The notes beneath the pieces were generated by a model that did no database searches, had not been told where the DNA came from, and worked only from the letters and a program-made list of their open reading frames with translations. From contig JBGSVZ010000043.1 in the NCBI GenBank assembly GCA_041752695.1, positions 1 to 64,000 of the forward strand: a stretch of 64,000 bases of DNA, given 5' to 3'. The position numbers and the translations under genes were made by a program. Source of the stretch: Terrimicrobiaceae bacterium (GTDB lineage: Bacteria; Verrucomicrobiota; Verrucomicrobiia; Chthoniobacterales; Terrimicrobiaceae). Shown here piece by piece: positions 1 through 9,245 of this stretch (positions are counted from its first letter, which is position 1; each line of letters begins with the position of its first letter).

Positions 1-87
1 CTCCGCGGGACTCAAAATCGCGGCTACGCCGCCTCAACAATCCCTTGCCTCTACCAACCCAAATGAACTAAATCAACCCCGTCCTAA

Positions 88-140
88 GTGGTGCACTTTG
101 AAGTGACCACAGGTGGTGCATTTTGAAGTGACCGCCGACA
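88..140. mobile_element. Terminal end of an IS21-family insertion sequence (element body lies left of the window)
   Basis: Two 21-bp direct repeats GTGGTGCA(C/T)TTTGAAGTGACC at 88-108 and 113-133, ending in GACA at 140. Multiple terminal repeats and a CA-3' end are typical of IS21-family ends. Confidence 0.7.
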
Positions 141-206
141 CAAACCCGAGCAAAAGAGAATAACTAGAGACGGCCAGAATAGAATATGCCCAAAAATTCT
201 TTTCAT
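141..206 (-). pseudogene. 5' fragment of an exported/membrane protein gene interrupted by the IS end
   Basis: ATG overlaps the TAA of the upstream ORF (TAATG). It reads MKRIFGHILFWPSLVILFCSGL (signal-peptide-like) for 22 codons and then runs into the IS end at 140. Confidence 0.5.
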
Positions 207-538
207 TAATTCAATAAAATGAGTTCATTTTTCTTAGCCCCGCACTTCATCAACGCTTGATGAACGATCGTAAGAAGTTTCATGCCATTTTTTCCGTTCG
301 GAGTCCCGATGGTCACGAAAACCGTGAAGTCTTCCTCGGCTCGATCCAATGGGTATTCGTCCCACATGATGACTCTGGTACCCGAAGAAGACTTTATTTC
401 CCACCCGCGATACATGGATTGGTTTGTGATTTCATGTCTTTGGATGGTGCAGTTCACTTCGATACTCTCGCTGGAAAGGTCCACGAGCACCTGGTCTAAT
501 GACGACTCCGAAAGGGAGTATTGGGGCATATGGCTCAT
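206..538 (-). CDS. Hypothetical protein, probable orphan immunity protein
   Basis: 110-aa, AT-richer ORF, co-oriented downstream of the RHS toxin/immunity pair. Confidence 0.55.
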   Translation of the reverse strand: MSHMPQYSLSESSLDQVLVDLSSESIEVNCTIQRHEITNQSMYRGWEIKSSSGTRVIMWDEYPLDRAEEDFTVFVTIGTPNGKNGMKLLTIVHQALMKCGAKKNELILLN

Positions 539-548
539 AAGTTTGGCT

Positions 549-719
549 TCACGGTGTCAAGCTCCATCCCCTAAAAAATGCGCCACACGCACCCGTCACG
601 CAATTGTAAGTGGGGACCCCTACTGCTGCTGCGGCAGCAGGCGCTATGATGGGAATTCCTGTCAATGTGTTTGTCGCTGTCGAAAAGCTTGCTAAACCCG
701 GAGCGACGGCGGCGTGCAT
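549..719 (-). pseudogene. Possible orphan toxin C-terminal fragment (56 aa)
   Basis: Not in the ORF track. Reads MHAAVAPGLASFSTATNTLTGIPIIAPAAAAAVGVPTYNCVTGACGAFFRGWSLTP and sits between two immunity-like genes. Confidence 0.35.
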
Positions 720-737
720 TTGAGAAGGAGATTCATT

Positions 738-1073
738 TCAGCATGGGTCTAGGCGTGTACAGTGGGTTTCAAACTTTTGTCGTGCTTCTTGATCCCCTTC
801 AAAGTAGAGTTCCCAGTAGCCCGGTGAAGTCCAATCAGCAGGACCAATCACAAAGTTCCTACTACCCAAATCAAAAACGATCCAAGTAGGGGGCATCGTC
901 GCATCAATGATCTCGAAGTCGCCTGCGGCGAACAAAGCAGGTGTATTCGGTTCTTCACCCAAAATGCGATACTGGACGCCCTCGTCTGCACTGACGTAAA
1001 TTGATTGCACCGCATAAATACGCCCCTCTCGAAGCCAACTGTCGCCATCTATACTCTTATATCGTGTCGTCAT
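738..1073 (-). CDS. Probable cognate immunity protein of the RHS toxin
   Basis: 111-aa acidic/aromatic ORF starting 25 bp after the RHS stop codon, same strand. Confidence 0.7.
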   Translation of the reverse strand: MTTRYKSIDGDSWLREGRIYAVQSIYVSADEGVQYRILGEEPNTPALFAAGDFEIIDATMPPTWIVFDLGSRNFVIGPADWTSPGYWELYFEGDQEARQKFETHCTRLDPC

Positions 1074-1098
1074 GTGAAAAAAATGTGCTGCCCCCTCT

Positions 1099-4000
1099 TC
1101 AGTTGAATTTGATTTTGTAATCGAGGCTGTAGTCGATGGCTCCAGTGCTTGTATTCTGGTAATAGTGAACCTGAAAATTTCCTGAAGGGCTTTGAAATGT
1201 CCGCGTGCTCATTTTACTAAAGCCTGCGGGGATGCTCGGGTTGCCGAGTTGGCCCGCAGGTATGATCACGCGAGAACCTGCAATAGCACCGGGGCTGAGT
1301 TGGCCCGTGGCAGTGAATGCAGATGCGGCCTCTTGGTATAGCAGGTCTTGTCCTAGCAAATGCCCAGAAAGCGAACTTTCTGCCCTCACTGTTACATTTG
1401 TGGCAGGGACCATCCAAGATGTGAACGAACTAAACGCGCTACTCACAGTTCTCGCGACTGCTTGATAGGCCGAAGATATTGTTGCTCCCAAGGCAACATC
1501 GCGTGGAATTGTTGCAAAGGATCGGCTCAAGTCGTTTTCCCAGCCGACATTGTCGAAGGACGTTGACCACCCCATGTAGTCGTAAAGCCCAAAAGTGACC
1601 GTGTTGTTGAAGTTATCAAACCCATCCTGAAGGCCTTCAGCAAAACCGGTAAATATGCTTTCCAGCCCGGCAAACAGATTCGACGAATCGACTGGCCCAA
1701 GCCCAAACGGATCAATCAAGTTAATCGGATCACCCCCCGTGTAAGAATAGAGGTTTATCCCTCCTGAGAACCCTGCCGGGTCTTCGCTCAGAAAGCGCCG
1801 GAAAATCGGCGAATAGAACCGCGCTTGCATACAAAGCAAGCGGTTTGGTTCGGTCATGACGCCATATTGCCCGTTGAAACGGAAAGGCGTCTCCACCGTA
1901 CCGTCTTCGACTGTGCAGTCACCATACGGAGAATAGCTCATGCGGGCCGTAACGGTGCCGCTGGCATCGCTCAAGGCAACAGTGCTACCTTGCCAATTGT
2001 AATGGTAGTAAAGCGTGGTCGCCGCTCCGCCGCCCGCCGGGGTGGTTTCCTCGTAAAGGAGGCCGAGGCCGTGAATGTACCGAGTCACGCTCCCGTCTGG
2101 GTTGGTCTTGACGAGCAGGCGGTCAAGCTTTTGACCTCTACTCCAAGTGTAGAACGTGTTTTGGCTATTTTGTGTGCTTCTGACCCGCCGGTTCTCGGCG
2201 TCGTAAAGATAGGAGATGCCTCCGGCACTGGTCAGACGGTTGCGTGCATCGAAGCCCACGGCGCCTAGAAGCGTACCGTTAAGGGGTGCTGCCTGCATGT
2301 TGCCGTCCAAGTCGCTCCCAACTGTCTGGCCGTTGTAGGAGACAAGCTGGTTGTCGAGGTTGTAGCCCATGGAAGCCGGCACAGGCGCAAACGAACGGGT
2401 GGGCGGAGTCGGAACATAGGTCATCAGACGGTAGGCGTTGCTGTATCCATAGCTCCCCGTCCAAATCGAGACGGTGCCCTTTTCCTCGAAGGTTTCCCGG
2501 AGGCGGTTCGCGTTGTCGTATTCAAGACGCTGCTGCGTTCCGTTCTGACGTTCGACCCGGCGGAGTCGGCCTGCATCGTCGTAGAAATACTCTGTGAGGC
2601 GGTTGTCCCAATCGGTGACGGTTTTCAGCCGGTTCGCCCCGTCGTACCCGTAGGTGACTGTCTTGTTCCCAGGATAGGTGATGGTCTGAACATTCCCTTC
2701 GTAATCGTAGGTGTAGGAAACGGTATTGTTGAGCGTGTCCGTGCAGGTTTCGACGCGTCCAACATTGTCGAATGAACGGTTGATCGTGTCCGTTCCCGCG
2801 ATGACGTCCTCTGGGTTGCCTTCACCGTCGTAGTTCCACGTAATGGCTCCCAACTGGTCGGTTTTGGTCTTCGGGCGTCCCATGCCGTCATAGGTCAGCG
2901 AAGTCTCCTGACCGCTAGGCTCGCGGACAGTTTTGGGCCGCCCCACCGGATCGCGTTCCGTGATTTCAGAGTAGGCCCCACTTGGTCGATAGAACCGGAA
3001 AGGAAGTCCGTCTGTGGCGTACTCGGTGGTGAAAGTGCGCCCGAGGCGATTTTCGAGGGTAAGAGGCCTTCCGGCATCGTCGTTGTCAAAGTCAACGCGA
3101 CGATTGAGCGGATCGAGCGTGTAGTCGAGTCGGCCTGCCGTGTCGTAAAAGCTTTTGTTCTTCTGATTGAGCCCGTTCCACTGCTCACTGACGCGTCCTG
3201 CTCCATCATAGAAGAGCTGCGAGGTAACAATGGTCAACGGATCGGTGACAGTTTTTGGACGTCCGGCTGCATCGAATCCGAAGTCCCAGGTATGGTTGAG
3301 CCCGTCCGTGATCGATGTTTGCTTGTCCCGATAATCGTATCCGTATTGGACCAGCCCGGTATCGGGCGCACTGATCGATTGCAGCTTTCCGATAGTATCG
3401 TAATCGAACACGGTGGTTTCGGTGTTCCGGTCCGTTTTGTTCTCAGGGTACCCGTTGCAATCGTAGGTGAAAGATGCCGATTTGTTCTCCGCATCAGTGA
3501 AGGATGTTAGAAGGCGGCGCTTGTCGTGCCCAAAGTAGGAGATATGGTTGCGGCCATCGGTAAAGCTGGTCCGGTCGCCCCGAGCATTAAAGACGGACAC
3601 GGTGGTCGTATTGTCCGGGCGTGTGACGTGAGTCGGATTCGCCCATTGGTCAAAAGCTGTCACAATCATCGCCTTGTTGTCATTGTCCGTTATGCGGTCA
3701 ATGCGGCCGTCAGCCCGGTAGTTAAAGGTTGTAACTCGCAAGCCCGGATCCTTGACAGTCTTGAGATGGTTCTCGCTGTCGTAGATAAATTCTGTTATCC
3801 GGTTTGTCGGGTCGAACACCCTCCAGAGGCGAAGTGAGGCATCGTACTGATGAACGGTTGTCTTGCCGTCGTTATCTGTGGCGTGAGTCAGATTGTTGTT
3901 TGAATCAAAGACAAACGAATTTTTCCGGCCGCTTCCATCGGTGGTTTCGACGATATGGTTTTGCCCGTCGTATTTTATGAAGGACGTGTTCCCGAGAGGG

Positions 4001-6975
4001 TCCTCGATACCAACACGGCGGAATTTGCCATCGAAAAAATGCGTCGTGACGTGCCCCAGCGGGTCTTCCTCCTCCGTTACTCCCGGCGAGTAACGGAGTT
4101 TCCAGAGGCGATTAGGGTCCCCTTTGCTCCGTTGTTCGGTGACCCTGTCATCACCGAAGCCGTATGTATTTCGAACAATGAACGCTCCGCTGTGGTCCTT
4201 CCAGTCGAGCAGGCAATTGCGACCGTCGTACACATAAGTTGTATTGTAGTTCTCCACGTCCTGGACACCAGTGAGGTTCTTGCCCGTGTAGCTGAAGACA
4301 ACCGTCCGTCCGGTGCCGTCGCTCACATTTTGGATGAGCGGATTGGTCCCCGAGTAGGCAAATGTCAGAACGCGGTTTTGAGAATCGGTCACGGTCGAAA
4401 GCCGCCCCTGCGCATCGTAAACATACGTCTGGGTGTTGTTATCGACATCCTTCCACTGGCTCACTCGGTTTTGCGCATCGAAGGCGACGCTACCGCCGAA
4501 GCGAGGCTGGAGCAGAAAAGTTCCGGTCGAGCCGGTGAGTGAGGTAGTCGCACCCGGCGGCGGGTTCCATGAGCCGCCGGGGAGACTGATATAGGTAAGG
4601 CGCTGTTCACCCAATTGCACGTTGGCCGCGTTGTTGGTCACGCGATTGACAAGCCAGTTGGCTGTCAACGCTCCGATGAGTAGCTCTTTCGCGGGGTAGG
4701 CGGTATCGGTGAAATCTTGAAGCGCCAATGCTGCGACAATGGTCTGCACGGCATCCGTGGGTTGACGCACTCCAAAGGCTGCATCGAGGTCACTATTTAC
4801 AAGGACCTTACCGTCGCATGAATGCCGCCATCCGTTGCCCAGCGCTGTCGCCTGGGAACTGCGGGAGCTGTCGTAGGACCGGCTCAATGCCAGACCGCGA
4901 GGAGTCCCTGTTTCGCCGAGTGCAAGGTCGGTAGCCGTCAGAGTAAACGCACCGGTCGCTAAATCGACGGGGTCCGCACCGAAGGCCTGGGCAACATTGG
5001 CAGGAGAGAACAAGCCTTCAGAAAAGGCTGCGTTGAATCCATCAAGAAAAACTCCGCTGATCTCCTCAATGAGAGAGTTGTAGGCCCCGCTGAGGTTGCC
5101 GGAAATAAGCATTGCCCCAAAGTTCGTATTCAGCGCCGCAAAACCGTAGCCCTCCCAATCGTTGAGCCCGGTGTTCCCGTTTTGATGGAGCAACACCGTG
5201 TAACCCGAGACGCTGGCATAACTTCCGATGTGGTTGCGCTCGGCGGTTGTATAATTATTCAGCAAGGAGCTGATCGACGACCAGTTCGCGGAATTTGCCC
5301 GATAGATCCTCTGGCCACCATCGCTCGCCAGCACAAGACATTTGATGGTCGATGCTGCGGCGCTGCCCCCGTTTTGTTCAATAGCTCCGTGCTCCATCGC
5401 GCTCATTGTGAAGGTGGATGCGCTAAAAACAGCCGGTTGTGAGCCTGAGGAGTTGAAAACTGGAGTTACCAATCCGGGCATATCCACGTAGTAACCGGAC
5501 TCCTGCCCGGTGCGGCCGATGGCATGGTCCTGCCACGTATAGCAGCCCGACAAACGTGCGACGAAGGCATTCCCGAGGCCAGCGCGGCGGACCCACTTGA
5601 GGCCGAGGCCATGCAGTGACTCCGTGAGAACCTGCCTCGACGTGTCCGTAAGCCCGCTCGCGAGATACTCGCGAAGCCGTCGGTCGCTCGCGTCAATCTG
5701 CCCGTTGGAAAACGGATTGGGGTAAAAGGCATACGAAAGGTCAAACCGACCGGAGCGGAGGTAGTTAATCGCGCCAAGATTCTGCGACCTCGGTGCGAAT
5801 GGATGGGTCACCGAAAGCGTCACGCTGGCGTTGGCACCGCTTCCATTGGTTTCCGAGGCTACCATGCTGTCCGCAAGCCAGAGCTGCGCGTTGGAGCCGA
5901 CAAAAATAAGGCTAAGGCGGCGTGCCTGGAGCGAGTCCGCGTTGAACGTCGCGTCGATCTGCGTGCCAACCTTGACCGTCAATGTCGCTTGGTACTGCGA
6001 CGGTATCGTCGTGAATGTGGTCGTGACGGTTGGAGAAAATCCACTCAAGATGGCAGCGGCGGCAGACAGCCCAGCAACATTTTGCTCAGAGATTTTTCCA
6101 CCGCCGATAATTTCCTCTGTCGTCGCATTGGGAAGATTAGTTTTGATGTGGGTTCGCAGGGCCGAGGCGTAGGAACCGAGTCGGTTTTCGACCGCCGAGC
6201 GGTTCACGTTTTGAACGTAGTTGGTCCCGGTTGTTCCTGCTGCGTCTGTGACCAACTGCGCACGGCTGTAGCCGCTGATGGTTTTGCAATCAATGCCCGA
6301 GAACAAATCAGATGGCTTGTAGCTCGGGTCAATATCGTAAGTGGTTCCTCCGATGACGACCCGCACCCACACATGATCGAATGTCCATGTTGTGTAACTT
6401 CCGTAATTGATGCCGTTCAAATTCGGGAAACCCGCGTTTGCGAGCACCCAAGATGTCGTTGCTGGGTTTGTCGCCAGCCAATGCGAAAGATCGTTCCCAT
6501 CGGTCGCCGACTCGCGCATGGTGATCTTGCCATAAACGTAGGATGTATTGCTGTAACCTGCGGCATTGAGAAGGGCGATAAGCAGACTGGCCTGGTCCAT
6601 GTCATTTCCAGCCGCATCCAGATACGTGGTATGCGCACCCTTGCAACTGCCGTAATAGGGTTGGAAGGTGATCTTGTTGCGGACATAGTTGAATATGGCC
6701 ACGGGGTCATTATTCAATCCGCTGGCGAGCGCTTGTAGCTCCGGGGTAACTGCTTTCGCGGATGGACCGCTCACAAGCGCCAGAGGCTGAATGTCAGGCG
6801 ATGGAAGCCCCGAAGACGCGGAAAAAGGAGTTGAGGCACCGCCGGGCTGCCCGGCTGACGGGGGTTCAATAACTTCCGAACCGAACCATCCGGGGCCGAG
6901 TTCGGCTCGGGCATGCGGGAGTATGAGGCAGGAAAGGAGAATGCGCGTAAAGGCGCAGCGTAAAACTTTTTTCAT
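1099..6975 (-). CDS. RHS/YD-repeat polymorphic toxin with signal peptide, transglutaminase-like N-terminal domain and ~199-aa C-terminal toxin
   Basis: Signal peptide (..LILPHARA), GNDMDQA/HVWVR/DIDPS motifs, DPVDLATG (DUF6531-like), many YD repeats, RHS core FRFNGQ..ARFYSP..RFLSEDP and cleavage motif PINLIDPFGL. Confidence 0.92.
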   Translation of the reverse strand: MKKVLRCAFTRILLSCLILPHARAELGPGWFGSEVIEPPSAGQPGGASTPFSASSGLPSPDIQPLALVSGPSAKAVTPELQALASGLNNDPVAIFNYVRNKITFQPYYGSCKGAHTTYLDAAGNDMDQASLLIALLNAAGYSNTSYVYGKITMRESATDGNDLSHWLATNPATTSWVLANAGFPNLNGINYGSYTTWTFDHVWVRVVIGGTTYDIDPSYKPSDLFSGIDCKTISGYSRAQLVTDAAGTTGTNYVQNVNRSAVENRLGSYASALRTHIKTNLPNATTEEIIGGGKISEQNVAGLSAAAAILSGFSPTVTTTFTTIPSQYQATLTVKVGTQIDATFNADSLQARRLSLIFVGSNAQLWLADSMVASETNGSGANASVTLSVTHPFAPRSQNLGAINYLRSGRFDLSYAFYPNPFSNGQIDASDRRLREYLASGLTDTSRQVLTESLHGLGLKWVRRAGLGNAFVARLSGCYTWQDHAIGRTGQESGYYVDMPGLVTPVFNSSGSQPAVFSASTFTMSAMEHGAIEQNGGSAAASTIKCLVLASDGGQRIYRANSANWSSISSLLNNYTTAERNHIGSYASVSGYTVLLHQNGNTGLNDWEGYGFAALNTNFGAMLISGNLSGAYNSLIEEISGVFLDGFNAAFSEGLFSPANVAQAFGADPVDLATGAFTLTATDLALGETGTPRGLALSRSYDSSRSSQATALGNGWRHSCDGKVLVNSDLDAAFGVRQPTDAVQTIVAALALQDFTDTAYPAKELLIGALTANWLVNRVTNNAANVQLGEQRLTYISLPGGSWNPPPGATTSLTGSTGTFLLQPRFGGSVAFDAQNRVSQWKDVDNNTQTYVYDAQGRLSTVTDSQNRVLTFAYSGTNPLIQNVSDGTGRTVVFSYTGKNLTGVQDVENYNTTYVYDGRNCLLDWKDHSGAFIVRNTYGFGDDRVTEQRSKGDPNRLWKLRYSPGVTEEEDPLGHVTTHFFDGKFRRVGIEDPLGNTSFIKYDGQNHIVETTDGSGRKNSFVFDSNNNLTHATDNDGKTTVHQYDASLRLWRVFDPTNRITEFIYDSENHLKTVKDPGLRVTTFNYRADGRIDRITDNDNKAMIVTAFDQWANPTHVTRPDNTTTVSVFNARGDRTSFTDGRNHISYFGHDKRRLLTSFTDAENKSASFTYDCNGYPENKTDRNTETTVFDYDTIGKLQSISAPDTGLVQYGYDYRDKQTSITDGLNHTWDFGFDAAGRPKTVTDPLTIVTSQLFYDGAGRVSEQWNGLNQKNKSFYDTAGRLDYTLDPLNRRVDFDNDDAGRPLTLENRLGRTFTTEYATDGLPFRFYRPSGAYSEITERDPVGRPKTVREPSGQETSLTYDGMGRPKTKTDQLGAITWNYDGEGNPEDVIAGTDTINRSFDNVGRVETCTDTLNNTVSYTYDYEGNVQTITYPGNKTVTYGYDGANRLKTVTDWDNRLTEYFYDDAGRLRRVERQNGTQQRLEYDNANRLRETFEEKGTVSIWTGSYGYSNAYRLMTYVPTPPTRSFAPVPASMGYNLDNQLVSYNGQTVGSDLDGNMQAAPLNGTLLGAVGFDARNRLTSAGGISYLYDAENRRVRSTQNSQNTFYTWSRGQKLDRLLVKTNPDGSVTRYIHGLGLLYEETTPAGGGAATTLYYHYNWQGSTVALSDASGTVTARMSYSPYGDCTVEDGTVETPFRFNGQYGVMTEPNRLLCMQARFYSPIFRRFLSEDPAGFSGGINLYSYTGGDPINLIDPFGLGPVDSSNLFAGLESIFTGFAEGLQDGFDNFNNTVTFGLYDYMGWSTSFDNVGWENDLSRSFATIPRDVALGATISSAYQAVARTVSSAFSSFTSWMVPATNVTVRAESSLSGHLLGQDLLYQEAASAFTATGQLSPGAIAGSRVIIPAGQLGNPSIPAGFSKMSTRTFQSPSGNFQVHYYQNTSTGAIDYSLDYKIKFN

Positions 6976-6989
6976 GAAACGAAAATCGC

Positions 6990-7694
6990 TTAAGGATTGT
7001 TGACGCGCAGGCGAAGAAAGAACCGGTCGCCGCTGTAGGGAATTGTGAGTCGAAACGTTTGCGCAAGATCATCACTCAGGCCTGGAAGCGGAGCGGCATT
7101 GAAGAGCGCCTCTGTCTCGGTCGCCCAATCCGTCCAGCTCGCCAAATCGGAGGAACTCTGGACGACGTATTCCAGGTCATCTCCGAACCGGCTCCGTCGG
7201 AAAGTCAGGCTGGCATCTCCGCTTCCCACTTCAATGGTGGGCAGCATACTTGTGCTATCCGTTCCCGGCTCAAGCCCGAGGCCAAATTTCAGAAGCCAGG
7301 AAATTCCATCGTCATCTTTCTCGGTCGGATCAATGCCCTGGGTCCCGAAATAAAAATCTTCCCACCAATCGGCAATCCCGTTCCCTGGTCCGCCCCCGGG
7401 TGCCTGGTCAGTCGAGGAAACCGTAGCATCAAGAATGTTTGCCTCAGCATCGTAGATATACCCGTGAGTCAGCCCATTGCCTTGAGTCGCGAAAAGCAGG
7501 CGTCCCGAATCATCGTATTGGAACGAGTCCGCAAGAATCAGCCCCGGGCGGGACAGAACCAGCAGGAAGACAAGAAAACAAAAGATCGGGAGCGTCGCAC
7601 CTCTAAAGAGCGTTCGGTGAGACCGTAACAGCAAGGGAAGAACAGTGTTCATCGCAAATTGGATTCGGAGTGGTCCAGTAACCCGAATTATCAT
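6990..7694 (-). CDS. Exported protein with a single YD/RHS repeat unit and a C-terminal RFFLRLRV-type domain
   Basis: Hydrophobic N-terminal segment, then YDDSGRLL..GYIYDAEANI, an acidic GNGIADWWE/DDDG motif, YVVQSSSDLASW and RFFLRLRV. Ends 14 bp upstream of the RHS start; true start may be later (MNTV at 7652). Confidence 0.75.
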   Translation of the reverse strand: MIIRVTGPLRIQFAMNTVLPLLLRSHRTLFRGATLPIFCFLVFLLVLSRPGLILADSFQYDDSGRLLFATQGNGLTHGYIYDAEANILDATVSSTDQAPGGGPGNGIADWWEDFYFGTQGIDPTEKDDDGISWLLKFGLGLEPGTDSTSMLPTIEVGSGDASLTFRRSRFGDDLEYVVQSSSDLASWTDWATETEALFNAAPLPGLSDDLAQTFRLTIPYSGDRFFLRLRVNNP

Positions 7695-8064
7695 GATTTG
7701 TCATCATTAAAAGCGGGGCACCCTTCGGCAGGAAACCCCGTCGAAGACCATCGACGCACAAACCTGATAGTTACGGTAAGCGACTGATAATAAGCGAGTT
7801 ATGGTTAAATGAATCTTGCCGGACGCACAGATTGTCGAGTTGTAGACCCCGGCAAGACCGGGGGACTTGTGCGGAGGCTGGGTTCTGATTGCGGATCGGT
7901 CGGAAACACTGGAAACCATGGACGATTTGACTTCCGCCGGGGCGTCCTTTCAAAAATTGATAGCCGCATATTTCGAGCGTCGAGGACAAAATCCCCCCCA
8001 AGATGGCTGTCCTATCGAATTCTATTGATCCCGCCTTTGCTGGGTGAGTAATAAGGCCGGGCTT

Positions 8065-8463
8065 ATGGAATTGTCAGCATTCGAGAAGATCCGGGAAATA
8101 CAGGCAAGGGCCGATCAGGAAATTAAGCAACTGAGACAGCAGGCAATTTCGGAAGTAGTCAGGCGACTTTCAGAGGCCAAGGAACTCGTCAAAGACTTGG
8201 AGATACAGTACACGTCCTTGACCGGGAAAAATTTAAAGGGCGAGGCTGTTACGGGCTCGAAGAGTAAGCCCGCTAAAAAAGATTTCTCATCCGTTGAGGA
8301 ACTTACCGACGTGCTAACCAAGGCTCCAGGCAGAAAACTGAACCGCAAGGGCTTCTCGGTCGTTGGGTACAGCCTCAAATCGGCAATTGGGTTGGCTCGT
8401 CAAAATCCGAAGTCGTTCGACTTCCTGCGGAAGGGACCGCAGGGAGAAGTTTGGCTGAAATAG
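8065..8463 (+). CDS. Small coiled-coil plus basic-domain protein, possible H-NS/MvaT-like nucleoid protein
   Basis: N-terminal coiled coil (IREIQARADQEIKQLRQQAISEVVRRLSEAK), Lys-rich linker, basic C-terminal domain. ATG at 8065. Confidence 0.45.
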   Translation: MELSAFEKIREIQARADQEIKQLRQQAISEVVRRLSEAKELVKDLEIQYTSLTGKNLKGEAVTGSKSKPAKKDFSSVEELTDVLTKAPGRKLNRKGFSVVGYSLKSAIGLARQNPKSFDFLRKGPQGEVWLK

Positions 8464-8648
8464 GCGATCCGTCCGGCTGTTTCGACCCAATCGTGCGAGG
8501 GTTCTTCGCAAGTCGTTTGATACCAGTGTGGAAGCCGTTTTACTTTTCCTCCGTGCAGTCTCCCCGCGTCAATACCCTGAAACCGAATTGGACCTCGTTT
8601 GAACCGCGCTTCACTTGCGCGTTTTAGCGCTTCGGATACGCTCAAAAA

Positions 8649-9017
8649 ATGGCTACCGAATTTGAAATCATTTCCCACGAAAAAGTCCGTCAAGCATTCG
8701 ATGAGGCTTTGAAAAAAGCACTGATCGCGGATCCTGGACTGAGAAAGGCGATAAACCTGCCCGGAATTACCAAGGATTGCAGATTGGACATCGCTTGGGC
8801 GGTCAAGAACGCACACGATTGGGATGAGGATTCAACCGCAGCCCACTTGGAATTTACGCTTCGCGGGGTGATTTCCGGCCAAGTGATCGAGGCAGAGGGC
8901 AGCGCAAAATTGCGCGGCCTCATGTCCGGCTGGAAAAAATTTGATGTCAACCCGGATTACGCCGTGGGAATGCCCTACTTCGAAAACGTAGCGGTGCGGG
9001 CAACGGTTACCGCTTAA
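8649..9017 (+). CDS. Hypothetical protein
   Basis: 122-aa ATG ORF with globular composition and no recognised motif. Confidence 0.55.
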   Translation: MATEFEIISHEKVRQAFDEALKKALIADPGLRKAINLPGITKDCRLDIAWAVKNAHDWDEDSTAAHLEFTLRGVISGQVIEAEGSAKLRGLMSGWKKFDVNPDYAVGMPYFENVAVRATVTA

Positions 9018-9100
9018 TTGCGCGGAGGAAAGATTTCAGATTTCGCCGGTTTTACGGCGGGCAAATGGAATTTTTTGCCAGTTTATTCCGAAAAATTTTC

Positions 9101-9236
9101 TACGGTCGTTTTATACGGTCGAGCGTGAAAACGGCGTAAAACGGCGCAAAGCCATGAAAAGCAAAAACACCAGGAGAGCCTTTATCTATCAGCATTTTCG
9201 CGGAAATGAAAAGCGGTGCAAAGCCACGCAAAAGCC
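9101..9236. repeat. Clustered short direct repeats, candidate integrase arm-type sites
   Basis: TACGGTCG at 9101 and 9114, AAAACGGCG at 9128 and 9138, GCAAAGCCA at 9146 and 9218, GCAAAAGCC at 9228. All lie next to the tRNA fragment. Confidence 0.55.
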
Positions 9237-9245
9237 CCGTTTTGA

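Noticed and set aside
88..133. Two 21-bp repeats as a mini CRISPR array
   Set aside because: The spacer is only 4 bp, there are no cas genes, and the layout matches an IS21-type end.
549..1073. Programmed TGA readthrough or selenocysteine joining the immunity ORF to the 56-aa ORF
   Set aside because: No SECIS-like hairpin is seen, and in-frame adjacency has a one-in-three chance of occurring anyway.
1099..6975. T6SS effector assignment for the RHS protein
   Set aside because: There are no PAAR, VgrG, Hcp or EagR genes in the window, and the protein carries a Sec-type signal peptide.
7700..8040. Riboswitch or ncRNA upstream of the YD/RHS operon
   Set aside because: Only short hairpins are visible, with no recognisable aptamer consensus. 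An Infernal/Rfam scan would be needed.
9020..9245. Group I intron in the tRNA-Arg anticodon loop
   Set aside because: The anticodon loop is complete before the break, and I see no P/Q/R/S core or nearby 3' exon. The direct repeats fit an att arm better.
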